64,000 nt of DNA, taken from the NCBI GenBank assembly GCA_963841435.1, contig CAWJCS010000006.1:288001-352000 (forward strand), read 5' to 3'. This stretch comes from an uncultured delta proteobacterium (GTDB lineage: Bacteria > Myxococcota_A > Polyangia > Polyangiales > Polyangiaceae). Below the pieces are notes generated by a model, which worked only from the letters and a program-made list of their open reading frames with translations, had not been told where the DNA came from and did not search any database. Shown one piece after another: positions 56,187 to 64,000 of the stretch (positions within the stretch are counted from its first letter, which is position 1; each line of letters begins with the position of its first letter). The position numbers were made by a program, and so were the translations under genes.

Positions 56187-57587
56187 TCAGTGCGCTTTTT
56201 CGCGGGCGGCGCCCGCGAGCACCATTTGGTAGGCGACCTTGAGCGCCTCGTCGGGACCCTTTCGGGGATCGACGGGCACCTCGCGGGCGACGCCGTGGTC
56301 AACGTCGTCCGTGGTCTGCGGACCGGTGGCACCGGAGCTCGGCGGCTCGAGCGGCGAAGGGACCGGGTCATTGGGAGCGCCCTCGACGGGGGCGAGGTGG
56401 CCCTCGAGATTCTGCTCGCGAACGATGCCGTAGTCGCCCGGTGCGGCGCCCACGACAACGTCCGGCTTGACGCCCTCGCCCTGGATCGCCTGGCCGCTCG
56501 GCGTGTAATAGCGGAGCGTCGTGAGGCGCAGGCCCGCGCCTCCCGGCAGATCGACGATCGTCTGCACCGAGCCCTTGCCGAACGTCGGCGCGCCCACGAT
56601 GGCCGCGCGTTCCTGGTCGCGCAACGCGCCCGCGACGAGCTCGGAGGCGCTCGCGCTAAACTCGTTGACGAGCACGGCGGCGGGTCCGCGGCGTAGCGCG
56701 CCGGCGCCGTCCGCCTGCACGGCGTCGACGACGCGCCCGCGCCGACGCGTGGTGAAGATCACCCCGCCGTCGAGGAACTCGTCGGCGATGGCGCTCGCCT
56801 CGTCGACGAGACCACCCGGGTTGTTGCGAAGATCGAGCAGCACGCCGGCGAGCCGACCTTTCGCCTCGGAACGCAGCCGACCCAAATGGTCGATGAACTC
56901 GGCGTGCGTTCCCTGCTGGAACGTCTTGATGCGAAGGTAGGCGACGTTGCCGGCGAGGAGCTTGCTCGCAACGCTCGTCACCGTGATCACGCGGCGCACG
57001 AGCGTGAAGTAGAGGAAACGCTCGACGCCGTCGCGCCGCACGGTAAGTTGGACCTTCGTGCCGGGCTCGCCGCGCATGGAACGCACGAGATCCGCCGGGC
57101 TCTTCCCGCGCACACTCTGCCCGTCGAGCGCGACGATGCGATCGCCGGAACGAATACCCGCGCGCTCGGCGGGGGAGCCCTCGATCGGCGCGATCACCGT
57201 GGCGAAATCGGTGGAGAAATCGACCTCGACGCCGATGCCCCCGAAGTGACCCTCGGTGTCGCCGCGGAAGATGCCGTACTCGTCGGGCGCGAGATAGGAC
57301 GAGTGCGGGTCGAGCTCCGCCACCATCCCCTTGATGCTGCCTTCGATGAGTCGCGCACGGTCGACAGGATCGACGTATTCGTTTTCGACCATCACGAGCA
57401 CGCGCGCGAGCTGATCGAGCATTGCGTAGGGGCTCTGGCTCGCCGTGGTCGCTCTCGCGGCCTCGGCGGCGAAGGCGCCACCCGCGAAGGCCGAAAGTGC
57501 GAGAAGGAGCGTCCGCGCAGACGGCGCGCGAAAAGTGCGGCTCGCCGGCCTATGGCACAAACCTGTGGGATCTTGAGGAGCTCGCAT
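56187..57587 (-). CDS. S41 C-terminal processing peptidase (CtpA-like)
   Basis: LDPHS, GGIG, PDZ domain, LDLRNNPGG, SASASE, TFGKGSVQ and YYTPSG. Confidence 0.93.
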   Translation of the reverse strand: MRAPQDPTGLCHRPASRTFRAPSARTLLLALSAFAGGAFAAEAARATTASQSPYAMLDQLARVLVMVENEYVDPVDRARLIEGSIKGMVAELDPHSSYLAPDEYGIFRGDTEGHFGGIGVEVDFSTDFATVIAPIEGSPAERAGIRSGDRIVALDGQSVRGKSPADLVRSMRGEPGTKVQLTVRRDGVERFLYFTLVRRVITVTSVASKLLAGNVAYLRIKTFQQGTHAEFIDHLGRLRSEAKGRLAGVLLDLRNNPGGLVDEASAIADEFLDGGVIFTTRRRGRVVDAVQADGAGALRRGPAAVLVNEFSASASELVAGALRDQERAAIVGAPTFGKGSVQTIVDLPGGAGLRLTTLRYYTPSGQAIQGEGVKPDVVVGAAPGDYGIVREQNLEGHLAPVEGAPNDPVPSPLEPPSSGATGPQTTDDVDHGVAREVPVDPRKGPDEALKVAYQMVLAGAAREKAH

Positions 57588-57686
57588 CGGGATGTCTCCA
57601 GAATACTGTATTGATCTCGGGAATCTGTGGGTGCTACAAGGTGAGACGAACACGGGCACTTGCCCACCCCTTCCACCGAGGTACTC

Positions 57687-57905
57687 GTGGCCGACGACCC
57701 CAACAAGTCCGGGAGCGACAAGCGGAAGCAGAGCTTGTACTTCCCCGAGTCGATGCTGCAGGAGATCAAGGACGAGGCGGCGCGTCTCGACCGTTCGCTC
57801 TCGTGGGTCGTGCAGCGGGCCTGGAAGATGGCTCGCGTCGAGATCAAGAAGATCCCGAGCGTCAACGACATCGGTGACGACGAAGAAGAAGAAGCCGCCA
57901 CCTGA
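57687..57905 (+). CDS. TIGR04563 (MXAN_4361/4362-like) small protein
   Basis: DKRKQSLYFPESMLQEIKDEAARLDRSLSWVVQRAWK; GAGG before the GTG. Confidence 0.85.
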   Translation: MADDPNKSGSDKRKQSLYFPESMLQEIKDEAARLDRSLSWVVQRAWKMARVEIKKIPSVNDIGDDEEEEAAT

Positions 57906-58815
57906 GGGCGGAGGGCGCGCCGAGTTCCACGCGCCGGCGCCCGACGGCACCCCTCTGTACGTCGAGCAGGCTCGGGGTGCCTCGGCGGTCACCGCGCTCT
58001 TGTGCGACGGCATCGCCTGCGACGGGTTCATCTGGAAGTACCTCTGGCCCGCGCTAGCGGCCGAGTTTTCCGTTGCCCACTTTCACTATCGGGGCCACGG
58101 CCGGAGCGGCGCGCCGCGCGACCCCGAGCGTATCGACGTGGCCGCGCACGTCGCCGATCTCGATGCCGTCCGGCTCGCGCTCGGTGATCCGCCCGTCGTC
58201 CTTTTCGGGCACTCCTTCGGCACCCAGGTGGCGCTCGAGGCACTGCGCTTGCGGCCCGCGGGCGTGCAGGCGCTCGTCTGCGTGTGCGGCAGCTTCGGTC
58301 GCGTCACCTACACCTTCAAGGGCACGGACATGCTTGCGAACGTGCTGCCCAATCTCGTGGAGTTCGTCGGTCAGCATCCGCACCTCGGGCGCGCGTTGTG
58401 GGCGAACGTGCCCGTGAGCGCCGCGATGCGCGTGGCCGCGCTCACGGGCGACATCGACGTGTCGCGCGTGAAGCCCGAGGACGTCGAGCCGTACTTTCGC
58501 CACGCGGCGTCGCTCGATTTCGAGCTCTTTTTGCGCATGCTGCGCGCGGCTGGCGAGCATTCCGCCGAGGACCTCCTGCCTCACATCGACGTGCCCGTGC
58601 TCGTCGTCGCGGCAGAGCTCGACTCGTTCACGCCCCCGCACGTATCACGAGCCATGGCCGAGGCGATCCCCGGCGCGGAGCTCGCGTTGCTCCCCGCGGG
58701 GTCGCACCTCTTGCCGCTCGAGCAACACGAAGAGCTCGGCCGCATCGTGCTCGATTTTCTCGAGCGGCGCGTGCTCGGCAAAGAGAACAACCGGGCCGCG
58801 AGCGGCAGCGGGTGA
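57874..58815 (+). CDS. Alpha/beta fold hydrolase
   Basis: DGTPL, YRGHGRS, GHSFG, D.FTP and GSH; start uncertain. Confidence 0.88.
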   Translation: MTTKKKKPPPEGGGRAEFHAPAPDGTPLYVEQARGASAVTALLCDGIACDGFIWKYLWPALAAEFSVAHFHYRGHGRSGAPRDPERIDVAAHVADLDAVRLALGDPPVVLFGHSFGTQVALEALRLRPAGVQALVCVCGSFGRVTYTFKGTDMLANVLPNLVEFVGQHPHLGRALWANVPVSAAMRVAALTGDIDVSRVKPEDVEPYFRHAASLDFELFLRMLRAAGEHSAEDLLPHIDVPVLVVAAELDSFTPPHVSRAMAEAIPGAELALLPAGSHLLPLEQHEELGRIVLDFLERRVLGKENNRAASGSG

Positions 58816-58839
58816 ACGCCCGCGTGGGCCTCTCGGCCG

Positions 58840-60009
58840 CTATGGCTCGACGATGGCGACGCGCTCCGGCCTGCGAAACAGGATTTTTCCCGTCTCGCCG
58901 GGACACCCCCAGCACGTCGAAAAGTGCAGCCGCGGTCGGATGTCGTCCGTGTAGGCGAGCGCGACGGGGCCCGGCTCGTTCTTCATGACGAAGCTGCCAG
59001 CGAGCCGGTACTGGTCGCCGCCGAGCGCGTAAAAGGCGACCACGAACGACGTCGTGTCGCCCGAGCGCCCGGAGGCCACGAGCACCTCCTCGCCCGGCAC
59101 GGGTCGCCAGAGAAGCGGCGTCGTCGTGAAGGAGAAGCCCTTTTTGTCGCCGGGCCCACGCGCGAGGACGGTCTCGGCCGAATCCGGCTCTCGGAAGAAC
59201 TTCACGTCCTTGGCGATGCCGCGCGTGATGGGATCCGCCGAGAGCAACGCCGCGAGGCGCTCGGCCCCGAGGCGAATCTTCTCGTAGGCGACACCGAGCG
59301 TCGGCTCGGGCAGCTGCCGGGCGTTCGGTGGCCCGTGGCAGCAGCGAAATCCGATGTCGGCCGCGGTCGTGTCGGGTGCGGCGCCCGTGCGCGCCGCGCA
59401 GCGATGCTCTCCGCCCGGTGCGTCCCGCGGCGCGCCGCGCAGCGCGGCGAGCGGTTTCGAGCTACCAGGCGCGATGTCGCTCGCGGTCCATTCGCGCACG
59501 AGGGTCCCCATGCCGAGCACGTCGAAGCCGCTCGCGCAGCCGAGTGGTGTCGTTGTGCAGCTCGGTTCCCAGGCGTCGCCCGTGGGGAAGCGATCACTTT
59601 CCGGACCCTTGCAGGCGCGCTCCCACTCGAGCTCCGTGCAGAGGCGCGCGCCGCGCTCGGAGCAAAGGCGCGCCGCTTCGTCGCGCGACACACCCGTGCG
59701 CGGCGCGGCGCTGGGATCGTTGGGGTAATAGAGTCGATCGATCGCGAACCCGCCGAGCTCCACCGTGAGCAGGCGTGGCTCGAGCTCCGGGCGGCGGCCG
59801 GGGTCGCCCGGAGTGCTGCCTGCCCGAAACGCGCCGGTCGGGACGTCGCGCGACTGCCCGGCCTCGGCGGCCGCCGTGGGTGGACGCGGCGGGCCAGGTT
59901 TCGGCGTCGAAGCGCCAGGCTTCGGTGCGGGAGCCGCGTCCTTCGACCCTCGGCAGGCGACGACGGCGATGGCCGCTGTGAGCAGGCTGAAGGCGTGGCG
60001 CGCGCGCAC
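58840..60009 (-). CDS. FGE-sulfatase-domain lipoprotein
   Basis: VVAC lipobox, RLCTELEWERACKG, REWT and GFRCC. Confidence 0.8.
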   Translation of the reverse strand: MRARHAFSLLTAAIAVVACRGSKDAAPAPKPGASTPKPGPPRPPTAAAEAGQSRDVPTGAFRAGSTPGDPGRRPELEPRLLTVELGGFAIDRLYYPNDPSAAPRTGVSRDEAARLCSERGARLCTELEWERACKGPESDRFPTGDAWEPSCTTTPLGCASGFDVLGMGTLVREWTASDIAPGSSKPLAALRGAPRDAPGGEHRCAARTGAAPDTTAADIGFRCCHGPPNARQLPEPTLGVAYEKIRLGAERLAALLSADPITRGIAKDVKFFREPDSAETVLARGPGDKKGFSFTTTPLLWRPVPGEEVLVASGRSGDTTSFVVAFYALGGDQYRLAGSFVMKNEPGPVALAYTDDIRPRLHFSTCWGCPGETGKILFRRPERVAIVEP

Positions 60010-60072
60010 GGCGGGGGAGCCTATCAGGCTCGCCGCCTGCCGAGGACCCGGCTCGTGCGCTAACCTCGGCGC

Positions 60073-60303
60073 GTGGTCGCATCCGACATCGCAGAGCTCG
60101 CGCGCCTCGTGCTCGCCGGCGCCGACGATCCGGCCCTCGTTGCCTGTCTCGGCCGTCGCGCGGGCGCTCCTGAGCTCGCCCGTGTGCGCGAGCTGGGGGA
60201 ACGAGCCCTTCTCGCACGAGCGAGCGAGGAGGAGACGGCGCTCGCCCTCGGGGTCCTGTTCGTGCTCGGCTCGCCTCGACGCGCGGAGGCTCACGGGCCG
60301 TGA
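60073..60303 (+). CDS. Small hypothetical protein
   Basis: Helical Ala/Leu-rich ORF with GTGA overlap into the next gene. Confidence 0.35.
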   Translation: MVASDIAELARLVLAGADDPALVACLGRRAGAPELARVRELGERALLARASEEETALALGVLFVLGSPRRAEAHGP

Positions 60304-62261
60304 GCGACGAGCTCGTCCTTCGCGGCCGGGTGCTCTACGTCACCGACGACGTGGCGGCCCTCTCGCGCCAGCTTGCGGGTGAAGCTCTCGGAGCGATGCC
60401 CCCGCTTTCCGACAACGTCTCGACCGACGAGATGGCGCCCGGCTGGGCGTCCTACTACTTCGACGATCGGCTCGGGCGGTACTGCCTCGTGGGATTTCGC
60501 AACGGCGCGATCGGCGAGGACGCGGTCCGTGCCGGCGGGTTCGAGGTGCTGGTAGCCGGTGAGAGCTTCGGCTGTGGCAGCTCGCGCGAAACCGCGCCCT
60601 ACGCGCAGCTCGTCGCGGGCATCCGGCTCGTCGTCGCCAGGAGCTTCGGGCGCATCTACCGGCAGAATTGCGAAAATATCGGGCTCTTCACCTCGACCGA
60701 CTTCGCTCTGCTCGAGCGCGTTCGGCGCGGCGAGCCTCTCACGCTCGGCGAGCTCGTGGCGGATGCCGACTCGGTCACGAGGGATGTCGCGCTCGCGGGC
60801 GGGCTTTTGGCGCACGCCAAGGCGCGCCTCGAGGGGCGCGTCCGGCTGCCCGCCGTGCCCGCACGGCGCCGCCCGATGACACTCGTCGAGTCCATCATCG
60901 CGCGCCACGCCGTGAGCGACGCTCACGCGGCGACGGGCGTTCCCGCCGTGGCTCCCGGCGACTCGCTGTTCGTCCGCGCCGACCTGCGTTTCAGCCATGA
61001 ATACGTGACCCCCATGGCCGAGGCACTGCTCGAGCGGGCGCTTGGCGGCTCCGCACGTGTGACCGAGCCCCAGAGCGTCGTCTTGTTTCGCGACCACCTC
61101 ACGTTCGTGCGAGAGGTCCTGGAGCGCGATCCGAAGCGGCTCCCGCTGCTCGAGCAAGCCGAGCTGCTGCCGCGCGCGCAGGCGCGTTTCGCAGCGCGTC
61201 ACGGGCTGCGCTTGCTCGGTGAGGTGACGCACGAGGGCACGCCCCGGGGCAGCCACGCTATTTGTCACGAGGAGGTGCTCGAGGCGCTCGCCGAGCCCGG
61301 GATGCTCATCGTCGGAACCGATTCGCATGCGTCGACGGCAGGGGCGCTCGGCTGCCTTGCCTTCGGTGTCGGCAGCAGCGACATCGCCCACGCCTTCGTG
61401 ACGGGCGACGTGAGGCTTCGCGTGCCCGAGAGCGTTCGCGTCGTCCTGCGCGGACGGCTCGCTCCGGGCGTCTCGGCCAAGGACGTGATGCTCGCATTAT
61501 TCGTCGATCCGCTCGTGCGGAGCGGCAAGACGACGGGGCGCGTGCTCGAGTTCGCAGGCGACGGCCTTTTTTGCCTCGGGCTCGACGAGCGCGCGACGCT
61601 GGCGAACATGGCCGTGGAGGCCGGCGCGCTGAGCGGCATCGTTCCCGTCGATCCGACGCTGCTCGACGAGGTCGCGACGCTGCGCGGTGTCGATGCGGCT
61701 CGGCTCGCCGCGCTCGCCCCGAACGCAGATCCGGGTGCCGACTACGCGGGACAAATCACGCTCGACCTTGCCGCAATCGAGCCCATGGTCGCCCTGCCGG
61801 GCGACCCGCAGAGCGTGGTGCCGCTGTCGGAGCTCGCCGCCGACCCGCCCGCGATCGACATCGCCTACGGCGGCACGTGCACGGGCTCGAAGCGCGCCGA
61901 TCTCGATCTGTACGCGGAGGTTCTCGAAGCCGCGCTGCTCGCCGGTCGGAGCGTGAGCCCCGGGGTGCGCTGCTTTGTGCAGTTCGGCTCGCAGCGCGTG
62001 CGGCGGCACGCCGAAGATCGGGGGTATCTCGGGCTCTTCGCGCGCGTTGGCGCCGTCGTGCTCGATCCGGCCTGCGGCGCCTGCATCGGCGCCGGCCCCG
62101 GTGTTTCCACGGACGCGAGACAGGTGACGGTCAGCGCCGGAAGCCGCAACTTCCCGGGTCGCAGCGGTCCTGGTCGCGTCTTTCTCGCAAGCCCGCGTGT
62201 CGTGGCGGCGAGTGCGGTAGCCGGGTACCTCGCGGCGCCGTCGTTTGGAGCCGCACGATGA
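60300..62261 (+). CDS. Aconitase-family dehydratase, fused LeuD-like (N) and LeuC-like (C) domains
   Basis: DNVSTD, FGCGSSRE, SFGRIYRQN; GTDSH, ERATLANM, GGTCTG, PACGACIG and RNFPGRSG. Confidence 0.85.
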   Translation: MSDELVLRGRVLYVTDDVAALSRQLAGEALGAMPPLSDNVSTDEMAPGWASYYFDDRLGRYCLVGFRNGAIGEDAVRAGGFEVLVAGESFGCGSSRETAPYAQLVAGIRLVVARSFGRIYRQNCENIGLFTSTDFALLERVRRGEPLTLGELVADADSVTRDVALAGGLLAHAKARLEGRVRLPAVPARRRPMTLVESIIARHAVSDAHAATGVPAVAPGDSLFVRADLRFSHEYVTPMAEALLERALGGSARVTEPQSVVLFRDHLTFVREVLERDPKRLPLLEQAELLPRAQARFAARHGLRLLGEVTHEGTPRGSHAICHEEVLEALAEPGMLIVGTDSHASTAGALGCLAFGVGSSDIAHAFVTGDVRLRVPESVRVVLRGRLAPGVSAKDVMLALFVDPLVRSGKTTGRVLEFAGDGLFCLGLDERATLANMAVEAGALSGIVPVDPTLLDEVATLRGVDAARLAALAPNADPGADYAGQITLDLAAIEPMVALPGDPQSVVPLSELAADPPAIDIAYGGTCTGSKRADLDLYAEVLEAALLAGRSVSPGVRCFVQFGSQRVRRHAEDRGYLGLFARVGAVVLDPACGACIGAGPGVSTDARQVTVSAGSRNFPGRSGPGRVFLASPRVVAASAVAGYLAAPSFGAAR

Positions 62262-62301
62262 CTCGCCGCCCGCGAGCACGATCGTCGCGCGGAGGCTCAC
62301 G

Positions 62302-62940
62302 ATGACGAAGCGGCGACGCACGTCGCCGTCGCGCGCCGGGAGCGGCGCTCAGCTCGGCCCGGGCGTGTGGACGCGGCTTCGCTACGTCGTTTTCGACGCC
62401 GAGGGTGAACGGGTGAGCGCGGCGGAGGAGGAGATGGGATTCGTGTTCGGCTACGGAGCGCTCTTGCCGGCGCTCGAGGTGGCGCTCGCCGGTCTCGGCG
62501 CGGGCGCACGCCGCAGCGTCGTCCTCCCGCCGGAAGAGGCGTACGGCGCACGGGACCCGCGGGCCGAGCTCGAGCTCGACCGCGACGAGTTCCCGGCCGA
62601 CGTCGCCGAGGGGCAGCGCTACGACGTGGAGAGAGACGACGGCACGCCGCTCGTCCTTCGGGTCCTCGGCGTGACGGAAACGTCCGTGGTGGTCGACTTG
62701 AACCATCCACTCGCGGGGCAGCGCGTCCGCTTCGAGATCGAGGTGCTCGAGGCGCGCCCGGCCAGCGCGGAGGAGCTCTCGCTCGCGGAGGCCGCCCTGC
62801 TCGAGGAGCCCGGCGACGAGGCCGAGCCCGCCCCCGGGGGCGCGGCGGACGGGGACGGTGACGGTGTCGAGGGTGCGGTGGGAGCCGACTCCGCGCTGCT
62901 TCCGGCCGCGAGCTTGCTTCGACGGGGGGTCCGGAGCTAG
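62302..62940 (+). CDS. SlyD-like FKBP peptidyl-prolyl isomerase
   Basis: LLPALE.AL.G, PEEAYG and VDLNHPLAGQ..FEIEV..RPA. Confidence 0.88.
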   Translation: MTKRRRTSPSRAGSGAQLGPGVWTRLRYVVFDAEGERVSAAEEEMGFVFGYGALLPALEVALAGLGAGARRSVVLPPEEAYGARDPRAELELDRDEFPADVAEGQRYDVERDDGTPLVLRVLGVTETSVVVDLNHPLAGQRVRFEIEVLEARPASAEELSLAEAALLEEPGDEAEPAPGGAADGDGDGVEGAVGADSALLPAASLLRRGVRS

Positions 62941-62954
62941 GAATTCGCCCCAAC

Positions 62955-63479
62955 ATGGCCATCCCCCCCGAACTGAAATTCGATGTCCGCGTGCGTGACC
63001 GCCTGCTAGGCCGCGGACTCGTCACCGAGGCCGAGCTCGACAAGCACGTCAAGGCGCTGCCGGATCTCGAGGCTCAGGCGGTGGAGCTTACGCCGAAGCA
63101 ACCGGCGCTCCAGACCGAAAGCGATCGCGACATCGTGATTGTGCGAACGTCCGGCATCCGGCCCCCCATCACACCCGTGGTGTCGGAGGACGAGGCGGAC
63201 ATTCCGATCCCCGACGACGACGATCTCGACGATGACGACGATCTCGACGACGACGAGGATGACGACGCGGCCGACAAGGCGAAGAAGGCGCCCGCCGAAC
63301 CAGCGCCTGCGCCCGAGCCCGCCGTGGCCGCCGCCGTGGCGGCACCGAGCGAGCCAAGCACCGAGCCCGCCGTGGCCGCCGCCGTGGCGGCACCGAGCGA
63401 GCCAAGCACCGAGCCCAGCGCCGAGCCCAGCGCCGAGCCCAGCGCCGAGCCCAGTGAAGACGATTGGGGAGCGGGCTGA
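62955..63479 (+). CDS. Hypothetical protein with acidic tract and Pro/Ala/Glu repeats
   Basis: FDVRVRDRLL.RG N-terminal domain, poly-Asp tract and EPSA repeats. Confidence 0.7.
   Translation: MAIPPELKFDVRVRDRLLGRGLVTEAELDKHVKALPDLEAQAVELTPKQPALQTESDRDIVIVRTSGIRPPITPVVSEDEADIPIPDDDDLDDDDDLDDDEDDDAADKAKKAPAEPAPAPEPAVAAAVAAPSEPSTEPAVAAAVAAPSEPSTEPSAEPSAEPSAEPSEDDWGAG
63313..63456 (+). repeat. In-frame tandem repeats (48 bp x2, then 12 bp x about 4)
   Basis: CCGAGCCCGCCGTGGCC...GAGCCAAGCA at 63313 and 63361, then CCGAGCCCAGCG units. Confidence 0.85.
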
Positions 63480-63808
63480 TGGGTGACGCCGATCCGCCCG
63501 GCGGCCCGCGTGAAGCGCGCGACGACACGGCGGCCGGCGCGTCCAACGACGGGCTTCCGGGTGTGGACTTCAACACGCTGGTGCTCTCGCTCAGCCACTC
63601 CGCTCTCTTGCACCTCGGCGACGCGCCCGATCCGGACGGCGGCCGGCTCGTGAGCTTGCCGCTCGCGCGTCAGACCATCGACCTTTTGGCCCTCCTCCAG
63701 GAAAAGACCAAAAACAACCTCGACGGTCAGGAGGAGCGATTGCTCGAACAAGCGCTCTACGATCTCAGGTTGCGCTACGTCGAGGTCTCGAAGAGCCAGC
63801 CGCGGTGA
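63479..63808 (+). CDS. DUF1844 family protein
   Basis: DFNTLVLSL..SALLHLG...ARQTIDLL.LLQEKTKNNL..EE.LL...LYDLRLRYV. Confidence 0.9.
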   Translation: MGDADPPGGPREARDDTAAGASNDGLPGVDFNTLVLSLSHSALLHLGDAPDPDGGRLVSLPLARQTIDLLALLQEKTKNNLDGQEERLLEQALYDLRLRYVEVSKSQPR

Positions 63809-64000
63809 AGACCCTCGCCCTCGTCGTCTCCGGCTTCGTCGCAGGGGCGTTGCTCACCGTGGGCTGCCGCCCCAAGAGCAAGGTCGGCGAAGCTCTGCCG
63901 TCCGGCGCCGTGTCCGTGACGGCGGCGCCGACTTACTCCGCGCCGCCGGCCCCGCCCGCGCTGCTCGGCGCGGCCATACCGGCGAGCTTCGCCGAGCTCG
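63805..64000 (+). CDS. Lipoprotein N-terminus, possibly a DegP/HtrA-type protease (truncated by the window)
   Basis: MKTLALVVSGFVAGALLTVGC...PASFAEL; SFAEL resembles the HtrA N-terminal helix. Confidence 0.5.
   Translation, partial: MKTLALVVSGFVAGALLTVGCRPKSKVGEALPSGAVSVTAAPTYSAPPAPPALLGAAIPASFAEL

Noticed and set aside
56661-56672. VN in CtpA (VLVNEFSASASE) and in AcnA (HQVNLE) as further D>N miscalls
   Set aside because: Asn is the normal residue in these motifs.

Overview
GC-rich (roughly 70%, judged by eye) chromosomal window, most likely from a Myxococcota bacterium of the Polyangiaceae/Sorangiineae type. That placement rests on MYXO-CTERM tails, a TIGR04563-type small protein, an ECF/anti-sigma/Cys-rich lipoprotein triplet and FGE-sulfatase lipoproteins. 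About 1-10 kb holds a stand-alone groEL 5' end and a general-stress cluster (two GlsB/YeaQ, YtxH, CsbD, pirin, DUF4398/OmpA, a DUF3494 ice-binding lipoprotein) beside a XylR-type sigma54 activator. Six sigma54 -24/-12 motifs lie in this cluster and a seventh at 15.3 kb; four of the seven imply near-leaderless mRNAs. Two identical 197-bp MITEs with YTAG target duplications lie at 4063 and 9682. The remainder is mostly housekeeping or accessory: MscS-cNMP, ECF module, purEK, recCBD, pgpA, a GSDH/diheme/GSDH surface cluster, glpAB-acnA, LysR-P450, a mycobacterial-type Sdh1 operon, a collapsed hybrid kinase remnant, CtpA, a LeuD-LeuC fusion, SlyD-like and DUF1844. Three catalytic Asp codons of RecB/RecD read Asn, all in GTCAAC. 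Five frameshifts are single-T insertions in GACGTC or GATC. Together these most likely reflect methylation-linked long-read miscalls rather than real inactivation. No rRNA, tRNA, CRISPR array or transposase was seen.
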